Position numbers and translations under genes: made by a program. The notes below the pieces were generated by a model. The model was not told the DNA's origin. It did no database searches and was given only the letters and a program-made list of their open reading frames with translations. From assembly GCA_963811335.1 (NCBI GenBank), contig CAWERB010000021.1, positions 19,997 through 83,996 of the forward strand: a stretch of DNA of 64,000 bases, read 5' to 3'. Origin of the DNA: an uncultured Actinomycetota bacterium. GTDB lineage: Bacteria > Actinomycetota > Actinomycetes > Streptosporangiales > Streptosporangiaceae. Below, in pieces: positions 29,246-39,557 of this stretch. The stretch's first letter is position 1. Every line of letters begins with the position of its first letter.

Positions 29246-30981
29246 ATGTCGCCAGTGGACTATGACGTGCTTGTGATCGGCTCCGGCTTCGGCGGCTCGG
29301 TGAGTGCCCTGCGGCTCACCGAGAAGGGCTACCGGGTGGGGGTCCTCGAGGCGGGGCGCCGGTTCGCGGACGCCGATTTCCCGCGCACCTCGTGGGACAT
29401 ACGGAAGTTCTTGTGGGCGCCGCGGCTGGGCTGCACCGGCATCCAGCGGATCCATGTGCTTCGCGACGTCATCATCCTGGCCGGGGCCGGCGTGGGCGGC
29501 GGTTCGCTCGTCTACGCGAACACCTTGTACCGGCCGGAATCGGACGCGTTCTACCGCGACAGACAATGGGCTCATATCACCGACTGGCGGTCCGAGCTCG
29601 CGCCGTACTACGACCAGGCGGAGCGGATGCTCGGCGTGGTAGTGAACCCGACGATGACGCCCGCCGACGAGGTGATGAAGAAGGTGGCCGCGGACATGGC
29701 CGTGGGCGCCTCGTTCCGCTTGGCCCGGGTCGGGGTTTTCTTCGGCGCCGGACCGGGAACACCAGCCGACGACCCGTTCTTCGCGGGGGCCGGCCCGCGC
29801 CGCCAGGGCTGTCTCGAGTGCGGGGAATGCATGACGGGCTGCCGCCACAACGCGAAGAACACGCTGGTCAAGAACTACCTTTTCCTGGCCGAGCAGGCCG
29901 GCGCCACCGTGCACCCGCTGACCACGGCGGTCGCGGTGCGCCCGCTGCCTGACGGCCGGTACGCGGTGCGCGCCGCGCGCACCGGCCCGTGGTGGTCAGC
30001 CCCGTGGTGGTCAGCCCGTGGTGGTCAGCACAGGGGGCAAGCCGCGAGTTCACCGCGGACCAGGTGATCTTCGCCGCGGGAACCTGGGGCACGCAGCGGC
30101 TGCTGCACCACATGAAGGCCGCCGGCTCGCTGCCGGAGGTCTCCGCGCGGCTTGGCGCGCTGACCCGCACCAACTCCGAGGCGCTGGGCGGCGCCATGAC
30201 CAAGGTGCGCACCCGGCACAAGCACGACTTCACCCGCGGCGTGGCCATCACCTCATCGATCCACCCGGACGAGAACACCCACATCGAGCCGGTCCGCTAC
30301 GGCAAGGGCTCGAACGCGATGGGGTTGCTGAGCACCCTGATGACGAACGGGGGCGGGCGAGTGCCGCGCTGGGTCAAGTGGCTCGCGCAGGCGGCGCGCC
30401 ATCCCGGCCGGGTCGCGTCCCTCTACCTCGGGATGGGGCACTGGTCCGAGCGGTCCGTGATCGGCCTGACCATGCAGTCGCTGGACAACTCCATCACGGT
30501 CCGCCCTGGGCGTACCCTGCTCGGCCGGTTCAAGCTGACCTCAGAGCACGGGCACGGCGAGCCGAACCCGACCTGGATCCCCGCGGCCAACGAGGCGATG
30601 CGCCGGGTGGCGTCCGCCATCGACGGCTTCCCGCTGAGCAGCATCGGTGAGCTGGCCGACATCCCGATGACCGCGCATTTCCTCGGCGGCTGTGCCATCG
30701 GCGACAGCGGGGAAAGCGGCGTGGTGGATCCCTATCACCGGCTCTACGGGTACCAGGGGCTGCACGTGGTCGACGGTTCCGCCGTGTCGGCTAACCCAGG
30801 TGTCAACCCGGCGCTGACCATTACCGCGCAAGCCGAGCGAGCCATGGCGATGTGGCCGAACCGGGGAGAGGCCGATCCCCGGCCGCGGCCAGGCGACCCC
30901 TATCGGCGGGTCGCGCCGGTGGTGCCACGGAACCCGGTCGTGCCGGCCTCGGCCCCCGGTGCGCTGCGCCTGCCGTCCTGA
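29246..30981 (+). CDS. choD: cholesterol oxidase-like GMC oxidoreductase (frameshift near 30014)
   Basis: DYDVLVIGSGFGGSVSALRLTEKGY, GAGVGGGSLVYAN, CGECMTGC, TAHFLGGC, GVNPALTITAQAERAM. Confidence 0.85.
29985..30027 (+). repeat. 14/15-bp tandem repeat x3 (PWWSA) at the choD frameshift
   Basis: GCCCGTGGTGGTCA GCCCCGTGGTGGTCA GCCCGTGGTGGTCA. Confidence 0.9.
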
Positions 30982-31014
30982 CCGAGCCGCCGGGCGACAT
31001 GCCCGCCGCCGCCG

Positions 31015-31080
31015 GCCCAGCGTCAGCTCGGCCCAGTGTCAGCTCGGCCCAGTGTCAGCTCGGCGCGGGCGTCAGCTCAG
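31015..31080. repeat. 16-bp tandem repeat, three copies plus one degenerate, between convergent genes
   Basis: GCCCAG(C/T)GTCAGCTCG x3, then GCGCGGGCGTCAGCTCAG covering the GH51 stop codon. Confidence 0.9.
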
Positions 31081-32578
31081 CGCGGCCGCCGTCCACGAGA
31101 CCGGCGGCAGTTCAATGGTGAGCACGCCGTCGGCGAGGGCCGCGCTCGCGTTCGCGGCCGGGATCACGCGGTCCGGCGCGGCGAGCGTGTTCTTCGCGTA
31201 GACGTCGGCGTCGGCCAGCGTGACCGCCTCGGTGATCCGCGTGCAGCCGAGGCTGCGCACGTCGATCGTGACCTGCGCGGGCTCCCTGAGGTCGCGGTTG
31301 ACGAGGAACACGGCGGCACGGCCGTCGTGGACAGTCGCGATGGCGTCGATGAGGGATGCCTCGCCGTGGCGTGCCGTGTCGTAGGCCGGCGCCTGGATCA
31401 CGGGGCGGATCACCTCGCCGGCCGCGCCGGCTGGTGATCGAGAACGGGAAGAAGGTCGTCTGCCGCCAGGCCGGCCCGCCGGGCTCGGTCATGATCGGCG
31501 CGATCACGTTGACCAGCTGGGCGAGCGACGCCGAGGTGACCCGGTCGCTGTGCTTGAGCAGCGTCATCAGCAGGTTGCCGACGACGACGGCATCCGCGAC
31601 CGTGTAGACGTCCTCGAGCAGGCGCGGCGCGTGGGACCACTCGCGGCTGACCTCGGCCGCCGCCTCGCGCTCCTGGTGCTCCTTGAGGTACCAGACATTC
31701 CATTCATCGAACGACAGCCGCATCTTCTTCTTCGATCGCTTCTTGTGGCCAACGTGGTCGGCCGTCGCGACGACGGCGTCGATGAAGTAGTCCATGTCGA
31801 GCGCCGAGGCGAGGAAGGAGCCGAGATCGCCGTCAAGCTCCTGGTAGTAGGCGTGGCACGACACGTAGTCGACGTGCTCGTAGCTGTGCTCGAGTACCGT
31901 GCGCTCCCAGTCACCGAAGGTCGGCATGCCCGAGCCAGAGGAGCCGCAGACCACGAGCTCGAGGTCCTTGTCGGCCATCCTCATCGCCGCGGCGGTGCGG
32001 GCGGCGAGCTTTCCGTAGTCGTCGGCGGTCATGAAGCCCTCTTGCCACGGACCGTCCATCTCATTGCCGAGGCACCACATGCGCACGTTGTGCGGCTGCG
32101 GTGTGCCGTTCGCGATGCGCAGGTCCGACAGCGCGGTGCCCGAGGGATGGTTGGCGTACTCGAGCAGGTCGAGGGCGGGCAGGATGCCGCGGGTGCCGAG
32201 GTTCACGGCAAGCATCAGCTCGGAGCCGGTTAGCTTCAGCCACCCGGCGAACTCGTCGAGACCGACCTGGTTCGACTCGAGCGAGTGCCATGCGAGGTCG
32301 CGGCGCACCGGCCGCGCCTCCCGCGGGCCGACCGAGTCCTCCCACCGCAAGCCGGAGACGAAGTTGCCGCCCGGGTAGCGGACGGTCGCGGCGCCGAGTT
32401 CCCGGACGAGGTCGACGACGTCCATGCGGAAGCCGTCTTCGTTCGCCGCCGGGTGCCCTGGCTCGTAGAGCCCGGTGTAGACGCACCGGCCGAGGTGCTC
32501 GACGAACGCGCCGAACGTGCGCCGCCTGACGGGCGCGATGACGGCGCGCTTGTCGAACTCGATGTGGGCACGGGGCAA
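31072..32578 (-). CDS. abfA: intracellular GH51 alpha-L-arabinofuranosidase (frameshift near 31420)
   Basis: FGAFVEHLGRCVYTG, RYPGGNF, WCLGNEMDGPWQ, SFDEWNVWY, AQLVNVIAPI; TTG after GAAAGGA. Confidence 0.9.
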
Positions 32579-32649
32579 TGCGGCGGTCCTTTCTGGCAAA
32601 AGCAGGCGGACGGGGCACTGGTGCGCCCCGTCCGCCTGTGTGCGTACGT

Positions 32650-33531
32650 CTAGCCCTTCACCGCGCCAGTCAGGCCGCCGACGATGCGCTTCTGGAAGAA
32701 GCCGAAGAAGACCAGCGCGGGCACCATCGACATCGAGGTGAACGCGAGCACCCGCGCCGTGTCCTGCGAGTACTGCGAGGAGAACTGCTGCACGCCGAGC
32801 GGCAGCGTGTAGTTCGACTGCGAGTTCAGCACGTACAGCGGCAGGATGTAGTTGTTCCAGCTGGCGATGAAGGCGAGGATGGCGACGGTGATCACGCCGG
32901 GCATCGCCAGCGGGATGGCCATCCGCCAGAAGAACCCGAGGCGGCTCGAGCCGTCGATGGCGGCGGCCTCCTCGAGCTCCTTGGGGATGGCACGCAGGAA
33001 CGGCGTCAGGATGATGACCGTCGTCGGCAGCCCGAAGGCGATCTGCGGGATGACGATGCCCATCAGGCTGTCGACGAGGCCAAGGTCCTTGACGATGATG
33101 AAGAGCGGGGTGATCGCGATCACCAGCGGGAACATCAGGCCCGAGGCGAACAGCGCGTACATCGCGCCCTTGAGCTTGAACTCGTAGCGGGCGAGCGCGA
33201 AGCTCACCATTACGCCGAGCACCACGATGCCGGCCGTGGTCACGGCCGCCACGATGGTCGAGTTCTTGAATTCGCCCCAGAAGATCGCCGACTTCAGGAT
33301 GCCGCTGTAGTTGCTGAAGACCCACGGGTGCGGCAGGCCGGCCGGGCTGACCGTGATCTGCGAGTTGGTGCGGAAGCCGCCGAGCACGATGTACACGACG
33401 GGCCCGAGGCTGACCCCGATGAGCAGCAGGGCGATGAAGTAGATGCCCGGGTTTCCCCACTTCGTCGGCTTGTCGCTGCGCTTGGCGTTCCGGACCCGGA
33501 GGAACGGCGCGCCGGGGACCGCCACACTCAT
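32650..33531 (-). CDS. carbohydrate ABC transporter permease
   Basis: EAA loop ELEEAAAIDGSS; six TM segments. Confidence 0.92.
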   Translation of the reverse strand: MSVAVPGAPFLRVRNAKRSDKPTKWGNPGIYFIALLLIGVSLGPVVYIVLGGFRTNSQITVSPAGLPHPWVFSNYSGILKSAIFWGEFKNSTIVAAVTTAGIVVLGVMVSFALARYEFKLKGAMYALFASGLMFPLVIAITPLFIIVKDLGLVDSLMGIVIPQIAFGLPTTVIILTPFLRAIPKELEEAAAIDGSSRLGFFWRMAIPLAMPGVITVAILAFIASWNNYILPLYVLNSQSNYTLPLGVQQFSSQYSQDTARVLAFTSMSMVPALVFFGFFQKRIVGGLTGAVKG

Positions 33532-34541
33532 TAGCTAACCCCCTGGGTGATGGCGCCGCGCAGGTCGCGGCGCAGGACGAAGCGCTGGTAGAGCAGCGCG
33601 ACGACGAGCGAGATCAGGAACATGACCACGGCGGCCGCGCTGCCGTAGCCGTAGTTACCGGCCAGGCGCCCGTTAAGTGCGTTGTACGTCGCCATGGTCG
33701 AGGTGCCGGCCGTGTCGGAGATGTACTGGCCCCAGATGATGTACACCAGGTCGAACAGCTGCAGTGCGCCGATGATCGACAGGAACGCCCAGATGCGGAT
33801 GGTCGGGCCGAGCAGCGGCACCATGATGTGCCGCTGGACCTGCCAGTAGGAGGCGCCGTCGATGCGCGCCGCCTCGGACAGCTCATCGGGGATCGACTGC
33901 AGGCCGGCGAGCATCAAGATGACCGCGAAGCCGATGTACTTCCACGTCAGGATGGCCATCAGCGTCCACAGCGCGATGCTGGGGTTGGCCAGCCAGTCGG
34001 TGGCGAGGGAGCCGAGGCCGATGCTGCGCAGCACGTCGTTGACCGCGCCGCTGGCCTGGAGCATCAGGCTGAAGCCGGTGCCGACGATGACCTCGGAGAT
34101 CACGTAAGGGACGAAGATCAGGACGCGGATGAGCGCCCGGCCGCGGATCTTCTGGTTCAGCAGCAGCGCGAGCAGGATGGCGGCCGGCCCCTGGATGACG
34201 AGGGACAGCACGACGATGAGGCCGTTGTGCTCGAGCGCTCGCTGGAACGAGGGGTCGGTGAAAATGATCTTGTAGTTGTTGAAGCCGACCCAGTTGGTGG
34301 GCGCGCCGTAGCCCTGCCACCGGTAGAAGCCGTAGTACGCGGCGAGGAAGACAGGGAAGATGACAAGGCCCACGAACACGACGATCGCGGGGCCGGTGAG
34401 AAGCGCGATTTCCAGCCGCTGGCGCCCTTTGCCGCGCTTGCGCGCACGCGGCGTCGGGGACGCGGCGTGCGCCGCGTCCCCGACGTGAAGTGCGCCCCGG
34501 CGGATGCGGCCAACGGCCGTAGTGCGCAGGGTGTCACTCAT
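33531..34541 (-). CDS. carbohydrate ABC transporter permease
   Basis: VGFNNY; LQSIPDELSEAARIDGAS. Confidence 0.92.
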   Translation of the reverse strand: MSDTLRTTAVGRIRRGALHVGDAAHAASPTPRARKRGKGRQRLEIALLTGPAIVVFVGLVIFPVFLAAYYGFYRWQGYGAPTNWVGFNNYKIIFTDPSFQRALEHNGLIVVLSLVIQGPAAILLALLLNQKIRGRALIRVLIFVPYVISEVIVGTGFSLMLQASGAVNDVLRSIGLGSLATDWLANPSIALWTLMAILTWKYIGFAVILMLAGLQSIPDELSEAARIDGASYWQVQRHIMVPLLGPTIRIWAFLSIIGALQLFDLVYIIWGQYISDTAGTSTMATYNALNGRLAGNYGYGSAAAVVMFLISLVVALLYQRFVLRRDLRGAITQGVS

Positions 34542-34550
34542 TGTCCTAGA

Positions 34551-35864
34551 TTAGCCCTTCGCCGCCGCTTCGCTGGTGGCGCTGACGATGCCGGCGGGCG
34601 TGCCCTTGCCCGCGAGCAGGTTCACCACGGCGGCGTTGAGCGCGTTGCCGACGTTCTGGCCGTACTGCGTGTCGAGGAACTGCATCGTGTACCCGGCCTT
34701 GTTGAGTGCGTTCTTCACCTCGACGGCGGAGGGGTCGGTCACGACGCCCTGCGCGGCCGGGTTGATGGGGATGGTGACGAATGCCTTGGCGTAGGCCTCC
34801 TGCTGCGGCGTGGTCAGCAGGAACTCAAGGAACTGCCAGGCCGCGGCCGGGGCGTTCTTGGACAGCGAGAAGCCGTTGAAGCCGCCCATCATCGCGCTCG
34901 GGTCGCCCGCGCCGCCGGGAACCGACGGGAAGGGGAACCACCGGAGGTCAGGCAGCGCCTTCTGGTTCGGGGTGAGGCTGGCGACCGTGCCCGGCTCCCA
35001 GGCGCCCATCAGCTCCATGGCGGCCTTGTGGTTGGCGAGCAGGCCGGCCGAGGAGCCCGCGCCCACCTGCGCGGCGGTCGTCAGGAAGCCCGTCTGGAAC
35101 GGGTTGACCTTCAGGAACGCTGCAGGTCGTCGCCCGCCTTGGTCCAGCAGGGGTCGGTGAACTTGAGGCTCGCGCCTGCCGTGTTCATCGTCGTCCTGGC
35201 TGCACTCGCGCAGCGCGAAGTTGTAGTACCAGTGGGCGGCCGGCCACGCGTCCTTGGCGCCGACCGCGACCGGGGTGATGCCGGCGGCCTTCAGCTTGGC
35301 GATGTCGGCCTCGAGCTCGGGGATGGTGGTCGGCGGCGTGGTGATGCCGGCCTTGGTGAAGAGGTCCTGGCTGTAGTAGATGCCCTCGGGGTTCGCGTCG
35401 AGCGGGATGCCGTAGACCGTGCCGTTGATGCTGTCGACGGGGGCCCCGGCCCCGATGTTGGTCTTGTCCGCGGCGCTGAGGTTCAGCGCCTGGAGCTGGC
35501 CCGCGTTGACCATGGCCTGCATCTTGCCGCCGCCGCGCTGGAAGAGGATGTCCGGCGCGGTGTTCGAGCTCAGCGCGGTCTGCAGCTTGCCGTCGTAGTC
35601 CTCGTTCTGGATGTTCTGCATCTTGATCGTGACGCCCGGGTGAGCGGCCTCGAACTGCTTGACGGCGTTCTGGTAGTACACGAGGCCGGGACCGGGGGTG
35701 GCGTTGTTCCAGAAGGTCAGCGTGACCGGGCCGCTGGCGGACGAGGCTCCGCCTCCTCCAGTTGCTGCGCTACTGCTGCTGCCGCCGCTGGAGCAGGCCG
35801 AGGCGGCCAGAGCGACGCCCAGGCCGAGCGCGGCGATCGCCGCAACACGGGTTCTCTTCATCAT
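34551..35864 (-). CDS. sugar ABC transporter solute-binding lipoprotein
   Basis: Lipobox ASACS, PVTLTFW, PDILFQRGGG; compensating frameshifts ~35120-35200. Confidence 0.88.
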   Translation of the reverse strand: MMKRTRVAAIAALGLGVALAASACSSGGSSSSAATGGGGASSASGPVTLTFWNNATPGPGLVYYQNAVKQFEAAHPGVTIKMQNIQNEDYDGKLQTALSSNTAPDILFQRGGGKMQAMVNAGQLQALNLSAADKTNIGAGAPVDSINGTVYGIPLDANPEGIYYSQDLFTKAGITTPPTTIPELEADIAKLKAAGITPVAVGAKDAWPAAHWYYNFALRECSQDDDEHGRREPQVHRPLLDQGGRRPAAFLKVNPFQTGFLTTAAQVGAGSSAGLLANHKAAMELMGAWEPGTVASLTPNQKALPDLRWFPFPSVPGGAGDPSAMMGGFNGFSLSKNAPAAAWQFLEFLLTTPQQEAYAKAFVTIPINPAAQGVVTDPSAVEVKNALNKAGYTMQFLDTQYGQNVGNALNAAVVNLLAGKGTPAGIVSATSEAAAKG

Positions 35865-35880
35865 TGTAGAAACTCCTTGA

Positions 35881-35992
35881 GCGAAACTTTCGCAATACCC
35901 TGCGACCGAAAGGCCGAAGCCAGACCGCATCTGGCGTCAGCGTGACATACGAAATGTGTCGCCGCAAGGTAAATCTGCACCGAAAGGTTGCG
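35881..35992. promoter_or_regulatory. BxlR/LacI-type CGAA-N-TTCG operators
   Basis: GCGAAACTTTCGC (35881-35893); weaker CGAAATGTGTCG (35950) and CGAAAGGTTGCG (35981). Confidence 0.65.
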
Positions 35993-36212
35993 CAACATTT
36001 TCGGCCCATTAATCTAGCGGCCATGACGGACGGATCGGCTGTCGGTCGGCATCGGCGCCACTGAAACGCTTTTACGGCGGCGCGACCAGCTAACTTACCT
36101 GCCGTGCCGGTATTCATACGCGCAGTAGCGAGACGGCCCGGCTGTTGCGGAAAGTGACCGATCGATTGCACCCTAACCGCCTTTTCCTTCCGTGGCAAAG
36201 GAAAGCGACTGA

Positions 36213-37004
36213 TCAACCGTCCGCGTTCAGGCCCGAGGCCGCCGGTGAGGCTGACGGGAGGGTGACGAACAGCACACCGCCGTCCGCTTGGGCCACCTGG
36301 TCGCCCAGGGCTTCCTGGACGTACCTGGCCATGGCCTGGGCGAGCATGGCATCAAGCACGGTCTGCGCCAGCGGCCGCAGCCGCCTGACGACGGCCGCCG
36401 CCTCGGCGACGTCCTTGCCCTGTGGTGTGCCGCCGCGCAGGTGGGCGGTGACCACGTGCGCCGCCACCGTGGCGGCCATGTCCCGCGCGGCCGCGTCCAC
36501 GTGCACCCGGATCCGCTCGGCCAGGTCGAGTACGGCAGGTAGCGTGAAGCCCGCCGCCACCATCTCGGCGCCCGCGCTCAGCAGCCTGGGGCTGGGCACC
36601 CGGTAGCCCTCGCCGTCCGGCTCAAGCAGGCCGAGGGCCACGGCCCGGCCCCGGTTCTCCGGGGTGTCTTCCGCGCCGAAAGACTCCCGCAGCTGCTCGG
36701 CGGTCAGGTGGCCGGGAACCTCGTCGGACCACGGGTGCCCGACGGCCGACTCGAGGTCGAGCACGTCGGCCAGGTTGCCGCCGCGTTCCCAGACGGCCAG
36801 CATTTCCCCGATGGTGGCGAACGTGTAGCCGCGCTTGAGCAGCCGCGCGATGAGCTGCAGGCGGGCCAGGTGGGCGTCGGTGTAAATGCCCACCCGCCCG
36901 TCGCGGCGGGGCGGCGCGAGCAGCCCGCGATCCTGGTAGACGCGGACGTTGCGCACGGTCGTCTCCGCGCGCCGTGCCAGCTCGTCGATCCGGTACTCGC
37001 CCAT
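36213..37004 (-). CDS. MerR-family transcriptional regulator
   Basis: EYRIDELARRAETTVRNVRVYQDRGLL. Confidence 0.9.
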   Translation of the reverse strand: MGEYRIDELARRAETTVRNVRVYQDRGLLAPPRRDGRVGIYTDAHLARLQLIARLLKRGYTFATIGEMLAVWERGGNLADVLDLESAVGHPWSDEVPGHLTAEQLRESFGAEDTPENRGRAVALGLLEPDGEGYRVPSPRLLSAGAEMVAAGFTLPAVLDLAERIRVHVDAAARDMAATVAAHVVTAHLRGGTPQGKDVAEAAAVVRRLRPLAQTVLDAMLAQAMARYVQEALGDQVAQADGGVLFVTLPSASPAASGLNADG

Positions 37005-37068
37005 GCTCTCCCCGTCGCCCTCATCGCCGCCGCGAGCGAGGCGGGCGACGTTGCTCGATTGCATTGAG

Positions 37069-37082
37069 ACAATGAGCATTGT
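37069..37082. promoter_or_regulatory. palindrome between merR and the SDR gene
   Basis: ACAATG-ag-CATTGT. Confidence 0.5.
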
Positions 37083-37126
37083 AACGTTAGTCACGCGCGT
37101 ACGGCCACCCGATCGTACGCCGAAAG

Positions 37127-38062
37127 GTGAGTGCTGTGCCTCGTGAGACCCTCCGCAGCCTCACCGCGCGTTCGGCGTACGCCGGGCGCGCGGTGCTCGT
37201 CACGGGCGCCGCGGGCGCGTTCGGCTCGGCCACGCTCCGCGTGCTGCGTTACCTCGGCGCCGACGCGGTCGGCATCGACCGCGCGCCCGCACCGGGGGTG
37301 GTGAACTGCGACGTCACGGACGACGAGCAGGTTCGCGCCGCGGTCACCGAGGGCGTCAAGCGGCTGGGCCGCCTGGACACGCTCATCCACTACGCCGGCG
37401 TGGGACCCGTGACGGATGTCGGGCAGCCGGCGGACGCGGCGGTCAGGGAGGCCCTTGAGGTCAACCTGCTCGGGACCTGGCGGGTAACCGCCGCCGCACT
37501 GCCAGCCCTGCTTGACGCGAAGGGCCGGGTCATCATCACCGCATCCCTGCTCGCGGGCGTGACCATGCCGTTCAGCGGCGCCTACACGGTCTCCAAGCGG
37601 GCGCTGACCGCGTACGCGGACGTGCTGCGCGCGGAGTACGGCACCCACCTCGGCGTGACAACCGTCTACCCCGGGTACGTCCGCACGCCCATCCATGACC
37701 GCTCGCGCGCTGCGGGGGTGGGGCTGGAGGGGGTGGTGCTCACGGAAGACGTCCGTGACACGGTGCTCGCCGTACTGCGGGCCGGCGCGGCGCGCAGCGC
37801 GCCGCGGGACGTGGCATCGACTCCGGCGGGAACGGCCGCGCTCTTGCTCGCCAGGCACGCGCCCGGTCTCGTCGACCGCGCGGTGGCCGCGCGCATTCGC
37901 CATCTGGTACGAACGCATAAGTTCGACGGCGCCGACGTGGCCGCGGGGCTGCGTCAGCGGCACGGCGAGCCGCCCGCCCCGCCCAGCCCAGCCCGGGCCG
38001 GGCCGGGCGGCGCGGGCCCGGCGGGCCCAGGCACGGTGGCCGGGCGAGCCGTGCATGCCTGA
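37127..38062 (+). CDS. short-chain dehydrogenase/reductase
   Basis: TGAAGAFG; YTVSK (YxxxK). Confidence 0.88.
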   Translation: MSAVPRETLRSLTARSAYAGRAVLVTGAAGAFGSATLRVLRYLGADAVGIDRAPAPGVVNCDVTDDEQVRAAVTEGVKRLGRLDTLIHYAGVGPVTDVGQPADAAVREALEVNLLGTWRVTAAALPALLDAKGRVIITASLLAGVTMPFSGAYTVSKRALTAYADVLRAEYGTHLGVTTVYPGYVRTPIHDRSRAAGVGLEGVVLTEDVRDTVLAVLRAGAARSAPRDVASTPAGTAALLLARHAPGLVDRAVAARIRHLVRTHKFDGADVAAGLRQRHGEPPAPPSPARAGPGGAGPAGPGTVAGRAVHA

Positions 38063-39557
38063 CGTCACGGTCGCGATCGTCGGATCCGGGTTCGCCGGCA
38101 TCGGCATGGCCGCGTCGCTGCTGCGCGCGGGCATCACCGACCTCGTCCTGCTCGAGCGGGCCGCCGACCTCGGCGGGACGTGGCGGGACAACTCCTACCC
38201 GGGGGCGGCCTGCGACGTCCCGTCACACCTGTACTCCTTCTCGTTCGCGCCCAACCCCGGCTGGAGCCGCAGCTTCTCGCCGCAGCCCGAGATCTGGGCA
38301 TACCTGCGCCGGGTGGCCGACGACGCCGGGGTCACCGGGAAGATCCGGTTCGGCGCGGAGGTCACCAGCGCCCGCTGGGACGCCGGCGGCTGCCAATGGC
38401 GCGTCGAGACGACCTCGGGGACCCTGACGACGCGGTTCCTGGTGTCCGCGACGGGGCCGCTGAGCGACCCGCTGATCCCCGACATCCCGGGGCTCGCCAC
38501 GTTCACGGGCGCGGTGTTCCACTCCGCCAGCTGGGACCACGACCACGACCTGGCCGGCCGGGACGTGGCGGTCATCGGCACCGGCGCCTCGGCGATCCAG
38601 TTCGTGCCGCAGGTACAGCCGCTGGCTGGGCGGGTGACCGTCTTCCAGCGCACTCCCGCGTGGATCATGCCGCGCCACGACCGGCAGATCTCGAGACCTG
38701 AGCGCTGGCTGTTCCGCCACGTGCCGGTGACGCAGCGGATCGCCCGCGCGGCCATCTACTGCGGGCGGGAGACCTACGCACTCGGCTTCGTCAAGAACCC
38801 GGCCATCATGCGCGCGGTGCAGGCCGCGGTGCGGCGGCACTTGCGCCGCCAGGTGCCAGATCCGGACCTGCGAGCTAAGGTCACCCCGTCCTACCTGATG
38901 GGCTGCAAGCGGATCCTGCTGTCCAACGACTACTATCCGGCCCTCGCCCAGCCGAACGTCGCCCTGGTCACCGAGGCCATCACGGAGATCCGTGAGGATT
39001 GCGTGCTGACCAGCGACGGCACCGCGCATCCCGCCGACACGCTCATCTTCGGTACCGGCTTTCACGTCACCGACTTCCCGTTCGCGCACCGGGTCTTCGG
39101 CGAGGACGGCGCTAGCCTGGCCGCCCACTGGTCCGACAGGCCCGCGCAGACCGCGTTCCGCGGCACGACGACCGCCGGCTTCCCGAACCTGTTCACGCTG
39201 ACCGGACCGAACACCGGGCTCGGGCACACCTCGCAGGTCTTCATGATCGAGGCGCAGGTCAGGTACGTCCGCGGCGCGCTCGCCCATGCGCGGCGGCACG
39301 GGATCGAGCGCATCGAGGTCCGCCCGGCGGCGCAGGCCGCCTACGACGCGATGGTGCGGCGGAAGATGGGCAAGACCGTGTGGATGACCGGCGGCTGCAA
39401 GAGCTGGTACCTGGACGCCGACGGCCGCAACATCGCCCTGTGGCCGGACTTCACCTGGGCCTACGCCTGGCATACCCGGCGGTTCGACCCGGCTAGCTAC
39501 GACCTTGCCCGTGCCCGTAGTGGCGCAGCGTATCCCGCAACGTCTCCAGCGCGGTGA
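38055..39557 (+). CDS. flavin-containing monooxygenase (BVMO-like)
   Basis: GSGFAG, GGTWRDNSYPGAACD, FTGAVFHSASWD fingerprint, GTGASA. Confidence 0.9.
   Translation: MPDVTVAIVGSGFAGIGMAASLLRAGITDLVLLERAADLGGTWRDNSYPGAACDVPSHLYSFSFAPNPGWSRSFSPQPEIWAYLRRVADDAGVTGKIRFGAEVTSARWDAGGCQWRVETTSGTLTTRFLVSATGPLSDPLIPDIPGLATFTGAVFHSASWDHDHDLAGRDVAVIGTGASAIQFVPQVQPLAGRVTVFQRTPAWIMPRHDRQISRPERWLFRHVPVTQRIARAAIYCGRETYALGFVKNPAIMRAVQAAVRRHLRRQVPDPDLRAKVTPSYLMGCKRILLSNDYYPALAQPNVALVTEAITEIREDCVLTSDGTAHPADTLIFGTGFHVTDFPFAHRVFGEDGASLAAHWSDRPAQTAFRGTTTAGFPNLFTLTGPNTGLGHTSQVFMIEAQVRYVRGALAHARRHGIERIEVRPAAQAAYDAMVRRKMGKTVWMTGGCKSWYLDADGRNIALWPDFTWAYAWHTRRFDPASYDLARARSGAAYPATSPAR

Noticed and set aside
31015-31080. 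CRISPR-like repeat
   Set aside because: Contiguous 16-bp units without spacers, and no cas genes
31112-33460. 782-aa ORF as an extended GH51 fusion
   Set aside because: The N-terminal part is an off-frame overlap of the permease; the real start is TTG at 32578
33828-35945. Long plus-strand ORF, and similar antisense ORFs throughout
   Set aside because: Shadow ORFs caused by high-GC codon bias opposite real genes
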